From: a virus
Direction: 5' to 3' (one strand)
DNA length: 64,000 bases
IMG/VR virus record: IMGVR_UViG_3300036857_000619
Span: 60,824-124,823 of that record
In this document: positions 52,662-61,432 of the stretch, one piece after another
How the letters are laid out: every line of letters begins with the position of its first letter
Numbering within the stretch: the first letter of the stretch is position 1
Notes under the pieces: generated by a model
What the model saw: only the letters and a program-made list of their open reading frames with translations
Database searches by the model: none
What the model was told of the DNA's origin: nothing
Made by a program: the position numbers and the translations under genes

Positions 52662-53714
52662 ATGGCCGAGCCGGAGCCCCTGAGTAACGCGCTCGGACGG
52701 GTGCTCCGCTTGCACAACGTGCAGCCGCCTGACCCGGCCGATCCCGAGGAGATCGAGCGCAACCTGCTGGAGGTGCCGCTGCTGCCGGCTGGCGCGTACG
52801 GGGCGCAACTCGAGTACCACCGCCAGATCCAGCGCTCGCGCGAGGCCACCGATGCCGATCGCCGGGCCGCGTCCGGCGACATCACCCGACTGGAGCGCCT
52901 GCTCGCCGCGGCCGAACTGCGCGAGCGGCTGATGCGCGGCCGCCCGGAGAGGTGTTTCTGCTACGGGCTGGGCGGCATGCAGAAGCGCTGGCTGCGCATG
53001 TTCGAGGGCGACGAGGTCGTGGCAGTGCCGACGTGGTCGATCTGGTGCACCTGCCCCGAGGCGCAGGAGCAGCAGGCGGCCAGGGAGCGGATGCTGGCCG
53101 AGCAGCGACGGCAGCAGTTGCAGCGCAATGCCGAGCGGCTGTTCGGCTCGATGCCCGAGCGCTTCAAGGCGTGGACGTTCGAGACGCTGCTCGCCGAGTC
53201 GACGGCCCACGCGTCGGTGGTCGAGCCCGCGCGGCAGTGGCTGGCCAGCGGGAAGTGGATGCTCTTCATGCGCGGGCCCGTCGGTACCGGCAAGACCGGC
53301 GTCGGCGTGGCGGTGACGAAGCAGGCGCTGGAGATGGGTCTGAGCGTGCTGTACGTGGACGTGATCGACATGCTCGGGAAGCTGCGCGACAGCTTCAGCA
53401 GCCGCGAGGCGTTCGCCGAGAGCGACGACGGGCTGCGCGCGCGCTGGAACGCGCTGCAAGGCGTCGAGGTGCTCCTGGTCGACGACCTCGGTGCCGAGCG
53501 CCACAAGCGCAATGAGGACGTCGACTGGCCGACCGAAACGCTGTGGCAACTGCTCAACCACCGCCACGGCGCCAGGCTCAGGACGATCGTCACCAGCAAT
53601 CACAGCCTGAACGAGCTGGCCGAGAAATTCGGGCACCCACGGCTGCCGTCGCGCATGGGCGAGGACGCGATCGGGCTGAATTTCACCGGGCTGCCGATGC
53701 TGCGGGAGCCATGA
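52662..53714 (+). CDS. DnaC/IstB-like AAA+ helicase loader, 350 aa
   Basis: RFKAWTFET, Walker A GPVGTGKT, Walker B LLVDDLG, TIVTSN, R..SR; N-terminal CFC...CTC zinc motif. Confidence 0.9.
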   Translation: MAEPEPLSNALGRVLRLHNVQPPDPADPEEIERNLLEVPLLPAGAYGAQLEYHRQIQRSREATDADRRAASGDITRLERLLAAAELRERLMRGRPERCFCYGLGGMQKRWLRMFEGDEVVAVPTWSIWCTCPEAQEQQAARERMLAEQRRQQLQRNAERLFGSMPERFKAWTFETLLAESTAHASVVEPARQWLASGKWMLFMRGPVGTGKTGVGVAVTKQALEMGLSVLYVDVIDMLGKLRDSFSSREAFAESDDGLRARWNALQGVEVLLVDDLGAERHKRNEDVDWPTETLWQLLNHRHGARLRTIVTSNHSLNELAEKFGHPRLPSRMGEDAIGLNFTGLPMLREP

Positions 53715-53715
53715 C

Positions 53716-53943
53716 GTGCGCGGTACGGCCAGCATCCAGCACGCCCACGACACGCTCATCCGCGTGCTCCTGCACCAGACGCCAGTGCGGCTGGGCATGG
53801 AGAGCGAGGCGCTGATGATGGAGGCGGCCGGCGTGCTGTGCTGGGTGCTGCACGAGGAAGACGACCAGGCCCACCACGGCAGCTTCGGGGTCGATCTGAT
53901 CAACCTGGAGCGGGAGCTCGCGGGCGGAGAGACGACGCGATGA
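53716..53943 (+). CDS. Hypothetical protein (75 aa)
   Basis: LCWVLHE.D motif; coupled to the next gene. Confidence 0.5.
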   Translation: MRGTASIQHAHDTLIRVLLHQTPVRLGMESEALMMEAAGVLCWVLHEEDDQAHHGSFGVDLINLERELAGGETTR

Positions 53944-54251
53944 GCGAGCCGGTCATGCTCGAACGCCCGGCCGTTATCGAGGTCACCACGCGCACGGACG
54001 GCGATCAGGCGCTGGTGCAGATTGCATGGCCGTCCGTCGGCGAGCTGGTGCTCGATGCGAGAGCCGCGGAGCGACTGGCGATCGAGCTGCTGCGCGCCAG
54101 CCGCGCGGCCGAATTCGACAAGTGGCTGCTCGACTGGCTGCACGAGTCGCCGCATTTCAGAAAGCCAGGCGACGCAGAGTTCCTGCTCGAGCTGTTCCAG
54201 GAGTGGCGGCTCGAGCGGCTGCGCCCGCGGCGTGGGGAAGGGAGTAGCTGA
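53940..54251 (+). CDS. Hypothetical protein (103 aa)
   Basis: ATGA overlap at 53940. Confidence 0.55.
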   Translation: MSEPVMLERPAVIEVTTRTDGDQALVQIAWPSVGELVLDARAAERLAIELLRASRAAEFDKWLLDWLHESPHFRKPGDAEFLLELFQEWRLERLRPRRGEGSS

Positions 54252-54423
54252 TGGCAGGCTCGGCGGTGTACTGGGATTCGTCGTTTCCGCGGCGCCGTCG
54301 GCGACGTCGCAAGCCGCAGGCGATCCCGCTGCGACGGCGCGAGCGCGGTCTGCTGGTGCCGATCGCGTGGGGGCTGGCGGCCATGCTGGTGATCGTCGCG
54401 TGGGTCGTGGTGAGCCAGCTGTC

Positions 54424-54627
54424 ATGAACGACCAGCAGCTACGCGACGAAGGCCAGCGCTGCTTCGACGCCTTCCTGGCGTGGTGGGCGATGGGCGACCG
54501 CGGCGACCGCGACCAACTCTCGGCGCTCGAGGGGTTTATCGCCGCCTGGCCGCTGAAGAACCCCGAGGATCGGCACGGGCTGGCGCTGGCGATCCTGCCG
54601 CTCGCGAACGCGGCGATCTTCTCATGA
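54424..54627 (+). CDS. Hypothetical protein (67 aa), paralog of 59047..59271
   Basis: RCFDAFLAWW...LSALEGFIAAWPL..PEDRH.LALA.LP. Confidence 0.65.
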   Translation: MNDQQLRDEGQRCFDAFLAWWAMGDRGDRDQLSALEGFIAAWPLKNPEDRHGLALAILPLANAAIFS

Positions 54628-54753
54628 GCATGACGGTGCCGGTCATGCGGGTTGGTTTAGGCAGCGCGGGTTGGTTACAAGGGGTGGCACCCCTAGCGGT
54701 TCGGATTGAAAGGAGCCGAGCCGACTCCAACCCAACAAGAGGACTTCTGCATC

Positions 54754-55398
54754 GTGCGATTGGCCAACCTCGCATGCGCTGCAGCTTCGCTCAGTGTGTG
54801 TTTGATCCAGCTCGCGCCGTCTGTGGCGTGGGCCCGACCCGAACCAGACACCGTTGCGGACGAGCGGTCCGCACCCTCCGCCGTACCAGTGGAGCCGCAC
54901 TTCGTGCTCGGCTTCGCGGCCCTGAAAGATCAGCTCGGCGACCTGATGGGCGAGCCGATCGAGCTCGAGCATCCACCGCCGGACGGCGGCGCCGATGCGA
55001 TCCAGCTGACCAGCACCGGGCTGGCGGCGTACACCGAGGGCAAGCTGCCGGCGTTCACCGACGGCTGGCAGACATGGCAATTGATCGTGCCCGCATCACC
55101 CTCTGCGGCCGCGGTCTCAGGCGGAGCCGCGCCGGGCTCACCACCCCGCGCGGCGCCCGCGTTCAGCGTGTGGGACACGCTGGCCCGCTGCGAGAGCCAG
55201 GGCAACTGGTCGATCTCGACGGGCAACGGATTTTTTGGCGGCCTGCAGTTCGATCTGCAAACGTGGCGCGCGTACGGCGGGGCGGGCATGCCCAACCGTG
55301 CGTCGCGTGCGGAGCAGATCGCGGTCGCCGAGCGGCTCAGGGCGGCACGGGGGTTCCAGCCCTGGCCGGCCTGTTCGCGGGCGCTCGGCTTGCGCTGA
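54754..55398 (+). CDS. Secreted resuscitation-promoting-factor (Rpf) domain transglycosylase (214 aa)
   Basis: WDTLARCESQGNWSISTGNGFFGGLQF...TW.AYGG...ASRAEQIAVAERL....G..PWPAC; signal peptide ending AWA; AAGAGGA RBS before GTG 54754. Confidence 0.92.
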   Translation: MRLANLACAAASLSVCLIQLAPSVAWARPEPDTVADERSAPSAVPVEPHFVLGFAALKDQLGDLMGEPIELEHPPPDGGADAIQLTSTGLAAYTEGKLPAFTDGWQTWQLIVPASPSAAAVSGGAAPGSPPRAAPAFSVWDTLARCESQGNWSISTGNGFFGGLQFDLQTWRAYGGAGMPNRASRAEQIAVAERLRAARGFQPWPACSRALGLR

Positions 55399-55416
55399 AG
55401 GGAGGGTTCTGAACCG

Positions 55417-55635
55417 ATGCCGAGTCAGGATGTGGTGCGCATCGCATTGATCGGAGGTGGCATCTGGCTCGGCATGACAACGCTCATCACGCTGGCGTTC
55501 ACCCGCTGGATGCGCTACCAGCGCGAGTGTGACGAGCGCGATCGGCTGGCCCGCTGGCGGGAGGCCGAGCGAGCGCACTGGCGCAACGGGCACGCGCCGC
55601 TCGCGGCTGGACAGGCGGAGCGCTCGCGCAGGTGA
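55417..55635 (+). CDS. Single-TM protein (72 aa)
   Basis: AGGGAGG upstream; IALIGGGIWLGMTTLITLAF. Confidence 0.55.
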   Translation: MPSQDVVRIALIGGGIWLGMTTLITLAFTRWMRYQRECDERDRLARWREAERAHWRNGHAPLAAGQAERSRR

Positions 55636-55865
55636 GCCACTTCATCCAGGTGACGGCCATCCCCCAGGACCCGGACGGGCTGCGCCAGGAACTGCTGGTG
55701 AACACCGATCAGGTGCGCTTCATCCAGAAGCACGAGGCCAGCGGCGGCAGCGTGCTGGTCTTCGACGGCGTACGCAAGGAGCGCGAGGTGATGCAGGTCG
55801 CCGAGAACCGTCTCGAGCTGTGGCTGCGGCTGCAGGGCATGGGCAACACGCTGGTGGAGCCGTGA
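55632..55865 (+). CDS. Hypothetical protein (77 aa)
   Basis: LLVNTDQVRFI motif; overlapping start/stop. Confidence 0.55.
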   Translation: MSHFIQVTAIPQDPDGLRQELLVNTDQVRFIQKHEASGGSVLVFDGVRKEREVMQVAENRLELWLRLQGMGNTLVEP

Positions 55866-56074
55866 CCGACCAGCTGAGCCACGGCCTGGATCTCGAGGCG
55901 CTCCACGGGCCGCTGCACCAATCGCGCTGCCGGCTGTGCCGTTTGCCCTACCCGTGCTTCGCGGCGCGCGAGGCGGCGCTGGCCGCGGCGCGGCGGGCAG
56001 TCAGCCCTGAAAAACTCCTCGAGCAAGGCCGCGAGCGCGAAGCGCGGACCAGGCGCATGGCCAACCGTCCGTGA
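55862..56074 (+). CDS. Hypothetical protein (70 aa)
   Basis: H..RCRLC..PYPC motif; coupled. Confidence 0.5.
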   Translation: MTDQLSHGLDLEALHGPLHQSRCRLCRLPYPCFAAREAALAAARRAVSPEKLLEQGREREARTRRMANRP

Positions 56075-56268
56075 TGACCGGCAAGCACTTCGCGGCGCTG
56101 CTCGAGATAGCCGAGTGCGCCGAGCAGCTGGTGGACGCCTGGCAGCGCGAGGACAGTGATTGGCACACCGCCGCCGGGTGGCTGACCGAGGCGGTCGACG
56201 AGTACCGCAACATACGCTCTAACCATTCCAACGTGCTAGAATTCCCCGGTGCAGCAGAAGCTCTTTGA
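56071..56268 (+). CDS. Hypothetical protein (65 aa)
   Basis: Coupled ORF. Confidence 0.45.
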   Translation: MMTGKHFAALLEIAECAEQLVDAWQREDSDWHTAAGWLTEAVDEYRNIRSNHSNVLEFPGAAEAL

Positions 56269-56740
56269 CGACGTGCCGGAGCGAGAGCGCGGGGCGGCCA
56301 ACTCCGCGCTCTCGGCGTCCATTCCGGCGCTCACGCTGACCCAGCCATGGGCGTCGTTGGTGGCCATCGGCGCCAAGCGCATCGAGACCCGCTCGTGGGG
56401 TACGCGCTACCGCGGCCCGATCGCGATCCACGCCGCCAAGCGCATGTCGTTCGAGGACGAGATGCAGTGCTTCTTCGAGCCGTTCAACAAGACGCTTCGC
56501 ACCCGCGACATCCTGTCGGCGCGCGATCTGCCGCTGGGCGCGGTGCTGGCGATCGGCCGGCTGGTGGACTGCCAGAAGGTGGGCGAAGGTGCGCAGCGAC
56601 CGGCGCAGAATTCGCTGGAGTTCGCGTTCGGCGACTTCAGCTGGGGCCGCTGGCTCTGGTATCTGGACGACGTCGAAGAGCTCGACGAGCCGCTGCCCGC
56701 GCGCGGGGCGCTCGGCTTGTGGGAGTGGCGGCCGGACTGA
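56249..56740 (+). CDS. ASCH domain protein, 163 aa
   Basis: ALTLTQPWASLVAIGAKRIETRSW.T.YRGPIAIHAAK ... RGALGLW. Confidence 0.9.
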   Translation: MQQKLFDDVPERERGAANSALSASIPALTLTQPWASLVAIGAKRIETRSWGTRYRGPIAIHAAKRMSFEDEMQCFFEPFNKTLRTRDILSARDLPLGAVLAIGRLVDCQKVGEGAQRPAQNSLEFAFGDFSWGRWLWYLDDVEELDEPLPARGALGLWEWRPD

Positions 56741-56950
56741 TTGATGCCGCACCACTGCATGCACGCCGACGAGCGTTCGGGCACGCGCTACTGCTGCTGG
56801 TGCGACCTGGACCAGCACCTGGAGCGGGATGAAGGCGCTGAGCCGAGGCACGGCGCGCGCTTCACGGGCCAGCGCTACGACCAGCGCTGGACGCCGCCGT
56901 CCAACCAGGACGACTGTCCGCGCGAGATCGGAGGCGTGCATGAGCGATGA
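56741..56950 (+). CDS. Cys/His-rich hypothetical protein (69 aa)
   Basis: HCMH...YCCWC. Confidence 0.45.
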   Translation: MMPHHCMHADERSGTRYCCWCDLDQHLERDEGAEPRHGARFTGQRYDQRWTPPSNQDDCPREIGGVHER

Positions 56951-57176
56951 GGTTCGCCGGCCCGTGGTGCGGGCCACGTTTCGCAAGGCGGTCAGCGACG
57001 ACCACTACGGCACCGAAAGCGCCGAGATCACGCTCGAGCGCGAGGACGACGGCATGGACGTCAACTACGCCGAGCAACTGCTCGCGGAGGCGCGCCGGAT
57101 CGTGCACGAAGAGCTCGCACGCTCGCCCTCGCCGGCGGTGCGGCGCGCGCTCGGCAAGAACAACGGGGAGTTTTAA
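56940..57176 (+). CDS. Hypothetical protein (78 aa)
   Basis: GGAGG RBS; VSDDHYGTESAEITL. Confidence 0.55.
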   Translation: MSDEVRRPVVRATFRKAVSDDHYGTESAEITLEREDDGMDVNYAEQLLAEARRIVHEELARSPSPAVRRALGKNNGEF

Positions 57177-57181
57177 GCGAT

Positions 57182-58078
57182 ATGGGCAAGAAGACCGGCA
57201 TCGGCTGGACCGACTACACGATGAACTGGTGGTGGGGGTGTCTGGAGGTCACCGACGAGGAGTGCGGCGACTGCTACGCGCGCGATTTCGCGCGATCAGC
57301 CCGCGGCGGTAGCTGGAACGGGACATCGCACCCCGAGACCGGCAAGGTCAACCCTGAGATCTGGGGCCCGCCGCTCTCAACCCCGCGACGGCTGTTCGGC
57401 GACAAACACAACGCCGAGCCGTACGCCTGGAACGCCGCGGCGATGAAGGCGAACGAGCGGATGTGCGGCTTCGCCCACTCGATGTCGGACATCTTCGAGG
57501 CGCATCCGATGCTCGTCGATCCGCGCAAGCTCGCGCTGCGTACGGTCGAGAACACGACCTTCATCGACTGGAAGATCCTGACCAAGCGCATCCAGCTGGT
57601 GAGCCGGTACGTGCCGAAGCACTGGATGGAAGGGCAGTGGCCGCGCAATGCCTGGATCGGCTTCTCGGCCGGCAGCCAGGCGTTCTTCGACGAGCGCATG
57701 CCCTACGCGATCGACCTGCCGGCGCCAGTCATCTTCGTCAGTCATGAGCCCGCGACGGGTCCCATCAACATCGAGCAGCTGGCCAGAGCCGTCGATCCCA
57801 AACGTCTGTGGGTCATCACTGGCGGCAAGAGCGGGCGCAACTGGCGCAGCCAGATGATGGACCCGGATTGGGCGCGCTACATGCGCGACCAGTGCCGTGA
57901 GATGGACATCGCGTTCTTCTTCAAGCAGCACTCGGCGTACGGGCCGGGGGTCAGGCCCGAGCTCGACGGCCGGCTGCATCACGAGTGGCCGACGGTGCCC
58001 GGTGTTGGTGGGAAGCTCGGCGGCGTGCGGAAGAAGGCGATGGAGGAGGCCGTGTTGGAGCAGGGGGCGCTCCTGTGA
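57182..58078 (+). CDS. DUF5131 / phage Gp37-Gp68 family protein, 298 aa
   Basis: TGIGWTDYTMNWW.GC..V...C.DCYA, SMSDIFE, LTKR, FVSHEP, WVITGG.SG, FFFKQ. Confidence 0.9.
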   Translation: MGKKTGIGWTDYTMNWWWGCLEVTDEECGDCYARDFARSARGGSWNGTSHPETGKVNPEIWGPPLSTPRRLFGDKHNAEPYAWNAAAMKANERMCGFAHSMSDIFEAHPMLVDPRKLALRTVENTTFIDWKILTKRIQLVSRYVPKHWMEGQWPRNAWIGFSAGSQAFFDERMPYAIDLPAPVIFVSHEPATGPINIEQLARAVDPKRLWVITGGKSGRNWRSQMMDPDWARYMRDQCREMDIAFFFKQHSAYGPGVRPELDGRLHHEWPTVPGVGGKLGGVRKKAMEEAVLEQGALL

Positions 58079-58296
58079 TGTCGGTCGACGTCGAGCGCAT
58101 CGCCCACGAGCGTCTGGAAACCTGGGCGAAGGACTGCATCAACGACCACGCCACGCCGGCGCTGCTGCTGGCCATCGGCCACGACGAGTTCAGCGGTGAG
58201 GTGCACCTGTACCTGCCGGACGACCCGTATTTCGACCAGCGCCGCATCGTGCAGCTGCTGCACCTGGCGCTGCGGGAGCTCACGACACCGTCATGA
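58078..58296 (+). CDS. Hypothetical protein (72 aa)
   Basis: ATG coupled to the DUF5131 stop. Confidence 0.55.
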   Translation: MSVDVERIAHERLETWAKDCINDHATPALLLAIGHDEFSGEVHLYLPDDPYFDQRRIVQLLHLALRELTTPS

Positions 58297-58949
58297 CGAG
58301 CACTGATCTGCATGCCTGGACCGAGATCGAGGTGCCCGCGCGACTGGCGGGTCGGCCCCGCACGCGTGGCTTCGTGGTGCCGTGGTTCGTCGACCAGGAC
58401 GAGCAGGGCAACTGGGATTTCCGCCTGGCCGATCAGCGCAAGCTGGTGCGCGCGGTCAAGCTCAAGCTGTGCTGGCTGTGCGGTGAGCCGCTGGGGCGCT
58501 GGCAGGTGTTCGTCATCGGTCCGATGTGCGCGATCAATCGCACCACCGCCGAGCCGCCGATGCACCGAGAATGTGCCGAGTACGCGGCGGCGGTGTGTCC
58601 GTTTCTGACCCAGCGCGAGCAGCGGCGACGGACCGACCATCTGCATCCCGAGTCGATCGCGCCGGCGGGCACGATGATCGCGCGCCAGCCGGGCGTCACG
58701 CTGCTGTGGGTCACGCGCGAGGGCTATCGGCTCTTCCCGGCGACGGGCGGAGTTCTGCTCAAGATCGGCAGCCCCAGCGAGTGCATCTGGCAGTGCGAAG
58801 GCCGGCCGGCCACGCGTGACGAGGTGCTGGCGTCGATCGACAGCGGCTACCCGCTGCTGCTGGCCGAAGCCGAAGCGGAAGGGCCAGCAGCCATCGCCGC
58901 GCTGCAGCGCATGCGCGCCGCCATCGACCCATTGTTGCCGAATGAATGA
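58293..58949 (+). CDS. Conserved phage zinc-binding protein, 218 aa
   Basis: RGFVVPWFV, LCWLCGEPL, GPMC...EPPMHRECA.Y...CPFL. Confidence 0.7.
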   Translation: MTSTDLHAWTEIEVPARLAGRPRTRGFVVPWFVDQDEQGNWDFRLADQRKLVRAVKLKLCWLCGEPLGRWQVFVIGPMCAINRTTAEPPMHRECAEYAAAVCPFLTQREQRRRTDHLHPESIAPAGTMIARQPGVTLLWVTREGYRLFPATGGVLLKIGSPSECIWQCEGRPATRDEVLASIDSGYPLLLAEAEAEGPAAIAALQRMRAAIDPLLPNE

Positions 58950-59046
58950 CGACCTGCACCAACGTGCTGATCGTGATGGGCGATCGGTGGACGATTCTCG
59001 ACGGGGCGCACTTCCGCACGCTCGCCGAGCGCGTCCTGGACCAGCT

Positions 59047-59271
59047 ATGACCGAGCGCCAGCGCGAGCAGATCGAAGCCCAGGCGGCGCGATGCTTCGCG
59101 GAGTTCTCCGCGTGGTGGTCACTCGGTCACCCCGAGCGGGACGCGCTGTCTGCGCTCGAAGGCTTCATCGCCGCCTGGCCGCTCTCCGATCCCGAAGACC
59201 GCCATGCGCTCGCGCTGGCGATGCTGCCGATGGTGAACGCCGCGGGGATCATCCAGGTGCCGGAGCGATGA
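59047..59271 (+). CDS. Hypothetical protein (74 aa), paralog of 54424..54627
   Basis: RCFAEFSAWW...LSALEGFIAAWPLSDPEDRHALALAMLP. Confidence 0.65.
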   Translation: MTERQREQIEAQAARCFAEFSAWWSLGHPERDALSALEGFIAAWPLSDPEDRHALALAMLPMVNAAGIIQVPER

Positions 59272-59798
59272 CCGAGGTGGTCGAGCGCCAGGGCGAGCGC
59301 TGTCCCGAAGACCCGATGGAACTGTGCGGCCAGCCGATTGGCCAGTACCACTGCCCGGACTGCGGAGAGGCGAAGCCGCGCACAACCGAGTTCTTCTACC
59401 GGCACAGTCAGGGTCGCGATGGACTTCGGCCCACGTGCAAGGTGTGCGTCGGCAAGGCCCAGCAGGCGTACCGGAAAGCCAATGGGTATCGACGCGTCAA
59501 GGAATGGCGTGCTGCGAACCCGGAGAAGCTTCGCGCCATGCGACGGCGCCAGGGTTTGCGGAGAGCTGACTGGACGCCTGATGAGTGGGACGCCGCTTTT
59601 GAGGCCCAGCAAGGCGTCTGCGCTATCGAAGGGTGTGGCCGCCCAGCGACTCAGTCCGACCACGATCACGACACCGGTAGAAGGCGCGCTCTCCTCTGCG
59701 CCGGCTGCAATGTGGCGTTGGGGGTGCTAGCAGACGATCCAGCCCGCATCCGCGGACTGCTCGCATATCTGGAGGCTCATCGTGGTCAAGTGCCCTGA
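59268..59798 (+). CDS. Endonuclease VII-family (homing-type) nuclease (176 aa)
   Basis: C..C...K....F.......GL...CK.C; Q.GVCAI..C...DHDHDTG.RR.LLC..CN.ALG...DDP..I..L..YL. Confidence 0.9.
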   Translation: MTEVVERQGERCPEDPMELCGQPIGQYHCPDCGEAKPRTTEFFYRHSQGRDGLRPTCKVCVGKAQQAYRKANGYRRVKEWRAANPEKLRAMRRRQGLRRADWTPDEWDAAFEAQQGVCAIEGCGRPATQSDHDHDTGRRRALLCAGCNVALGVLADDPARIRGLLAYLEAHRGQVP

Positions 59799-59955
59799 AG
59801 ATCCGATGGCGCTCTGTGGGGCTCCAATTGGGCAATACCACTGCCCTTATTGCGCTTGCATGCAGGTCGCGTGCTGCGCGCACGTGTGCGATCCCGACGT
59901 CTGCCGGCTGGAGAACTGCGAATGCCTGGACCACTCACCGACATCGCGCTGCTGA
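59782..59955 (+). CDS. Cys-rich small protein (57 aa), regenerated copy of the endonuclease's N-terminal host segment
   Basis: GGAGG (59771-59775) plus GTG 59782; KCPEDPMALCGAPIGQYHCPYCACMQVACCAHVCDPDVC..; not in the ORF track. Confidence 0.7.
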   Translation: MVKCPEDPMALCGAPIGQYHCPYCACMQVACCAHVCDPDVCRLENCECLDHSPTSRC

Positions 59956-60239
59956 CGATCATCCAGGAGAAGCTCGACAACGCGCGCCTGGTGGTGCGCC
60001 TGAACGGCCACGTGATCGGCTACTGCGTGCAGGACGCCAAGAACAAGTGGATCGTGCAGACCGCGCCGCCGCCGCCCGAGCGCGTGATTCGCGGCTCGCT
60101 GCAGGCCTGCGCGGAGTGGTTGTATTCGACGATCGAGCCGGAGATGGCGCGCGAGCACGGGGAGCGTGTCATGACGCCATCCGGTCAAGTGTCAGTCGAA
60201 GCACCCGCCGAGCCAGTTCAAACTGAGGCGCCGGCATGA
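59922..60239 (+). CDS. Hypothetical protein (105 aa)
   Basis: VVRLNGHVIGYCVQD..NKW motif. Confidence 0.55.
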   Translation: MPGPLTDIALLTIIQEKLDNARLVVRLNGHVIGYCVQDAKNKWIVQTAPPPPERVIRGSLQACAEWLYSTIEPEMAREHGERVMTPSGQVSVEAPAEPVQTEAPA

Positions 60240-60253
60240 TGGAGGTGGCATGA

Positions 60254-60421
60254 GTGGCCGCCCAGCTCCCGCCGAACTGGCGGTCGATGCGGGTCAAGGA
60301 GCTGCGCCAGTGGCTGCGCGAGCACGGCGGTCCACCGCCGTACCTGAGCCAGATGCGCAAGCACGAGCTGATCGAATGGATCGAGCGCTACGAGCGCCAG
60401 ACCCGCGAGAGTCGGCCGTGA
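60254..60421 (+). CDS. Rho-N/HeH-like small nucleic-acid-binding protein (55 aa)
   Basis: W.SMRVKELRQWLREHG....LSQMRKHELIEWI; GGAGG upstream; not in the ORF track. Confidence 0.5.
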   Translation: MAAQLPPNWRSMRVKELRQWLREHGGPPPYLSQMRKHELIEWIERYERQTRESRP

Positions 60422-60555
60422 GTTGCACGCGCTGCAACCTGAGCGCGCGCCAGCAACGTCGAGGCGACGCCCAGGCGCGCACCGGACGTCAGGTGGGCCG
60501 CCATCCGAGCTGCGGCCACGTGCTGTGGTGGGCGGGCGACGCATGAAAGAACCGC

Positions 60556-60906
60556 GTGGGCGACAGCGACGGGCATCAAGCGCGCAATGAGGAGACGGTG
60601 CGCCGCTTGAGCGAGTACCTGTCTCAGCAGCCGCGCGTGACGTCGGCGACGCGACGCGAGGTGCGTCTGCTGACGGGCGTCGACCCGGTCAGCGAGCTGG
60701 GCATTCCCGAGGCCGACGAGTCCGAGCTCGACGCAACCGCGATCGTGCTGGTGGTGCGCGTGCCGGCGCCGCACGCCGTCGGCGCGAAGATGGAGCGCTG
60801 CGCGGTCTGCAACCGTCGCGTGTGGGTGGCGCGCAGCACGCCGCCGGGCCCCAAGCGCGTATGCGTGGTGTGCTTCATGGACGCGCGGATGGGCTCGACC
60901 GATTGA
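60556..60906 (+). CDS. Zinc-finger hypothetical protein (116 aa)
   Basis: RCAVCNRRVW...CVVC. Confidence 0.5.
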   Translation: MGDSDGHQARNEETVRRLSEYLSQQPRVTSATRREVRLLTGVDPVSELGIPEADESELDATAIVLVVRVPAPHAVGAKMERCAVCNRRVWVARSTPPGPKRVCVVCFMDARMGSTD

Positions 60907-61148
60907 TGCCCAAGTACGTCTTTGAGCAGTCGGCGATCCTGCCAGCCGACGAATCGCTCAGCGTGCTCGAAGCGGAGGCGCTCTCCAGCGTGCTCGCCGC
61001 CGAGCTGCGTCGATGGCTGGACCGGATGCATCACCGGCGACACGCGGTGAGCTACGAGCCACCCTTTGAGCAAGTCGGGGGCGACTTCCTGCCGCCCGAC
61101 GAGCAGGGTGTCGTGAAGCTGGGCGAACCCGTGCCCATCGACCTGTGA
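60906..61148 (+). CDS. Hypothetical protein (80 aa)
   Basis: TGATG overlap. Confidence 0.5.
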   Translation: MPKYVFEQSAILPADESLSVLEAEALSSVLAAELRRWLDRMHHRRHAVSYEPPFEQVGGDFLPPDEQGVVKLGEPVPIDL

Positions 61149-61432
61149 GCGCCGGTCCAGTGGCGGTGGTTTCCGAACGGATGTCCTACCCTGGATGGCG
61201 GGGCATGGACGCGCCGGGGCTGTTCACGCGCATGCAGATCGCCCGCGGCCGGCTGGAGCGGACGCTCGACGCGTACCACAACGGGGCGTACCTGCTTGCG
61301 ATCGGGCACGTGCAGGCGCCTCAGCCCGGCGAGCTCGAGCGCTGGAGCGACGAGCTCGAGGACGCCTACGTCGAGTACCGCGCCGCGGTCAGCCAGGCGC
61401 TCCGCGGCGCGCAGGACCAGGCTGGATCGTGA
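61145..61432 (+). CDS. Hypothetical protein (95 aa)
   Basis: Coupled helical ORF. Confidence 0.5.
   Translation: MSAGPVAVVSERMSYPGWRGMDAPGLFTRMQIARGRLERTLDAYHNGAYLLAIGHVQAPQPGELERWSDELEDAYVEYRAAVSQALRGAQDQAGS

Noticed and set aside
52290-54425. 711-aa minus-strand ORF
   Set aside because: Antisense to the initiator and DnaC-like genes; no independent motifs.
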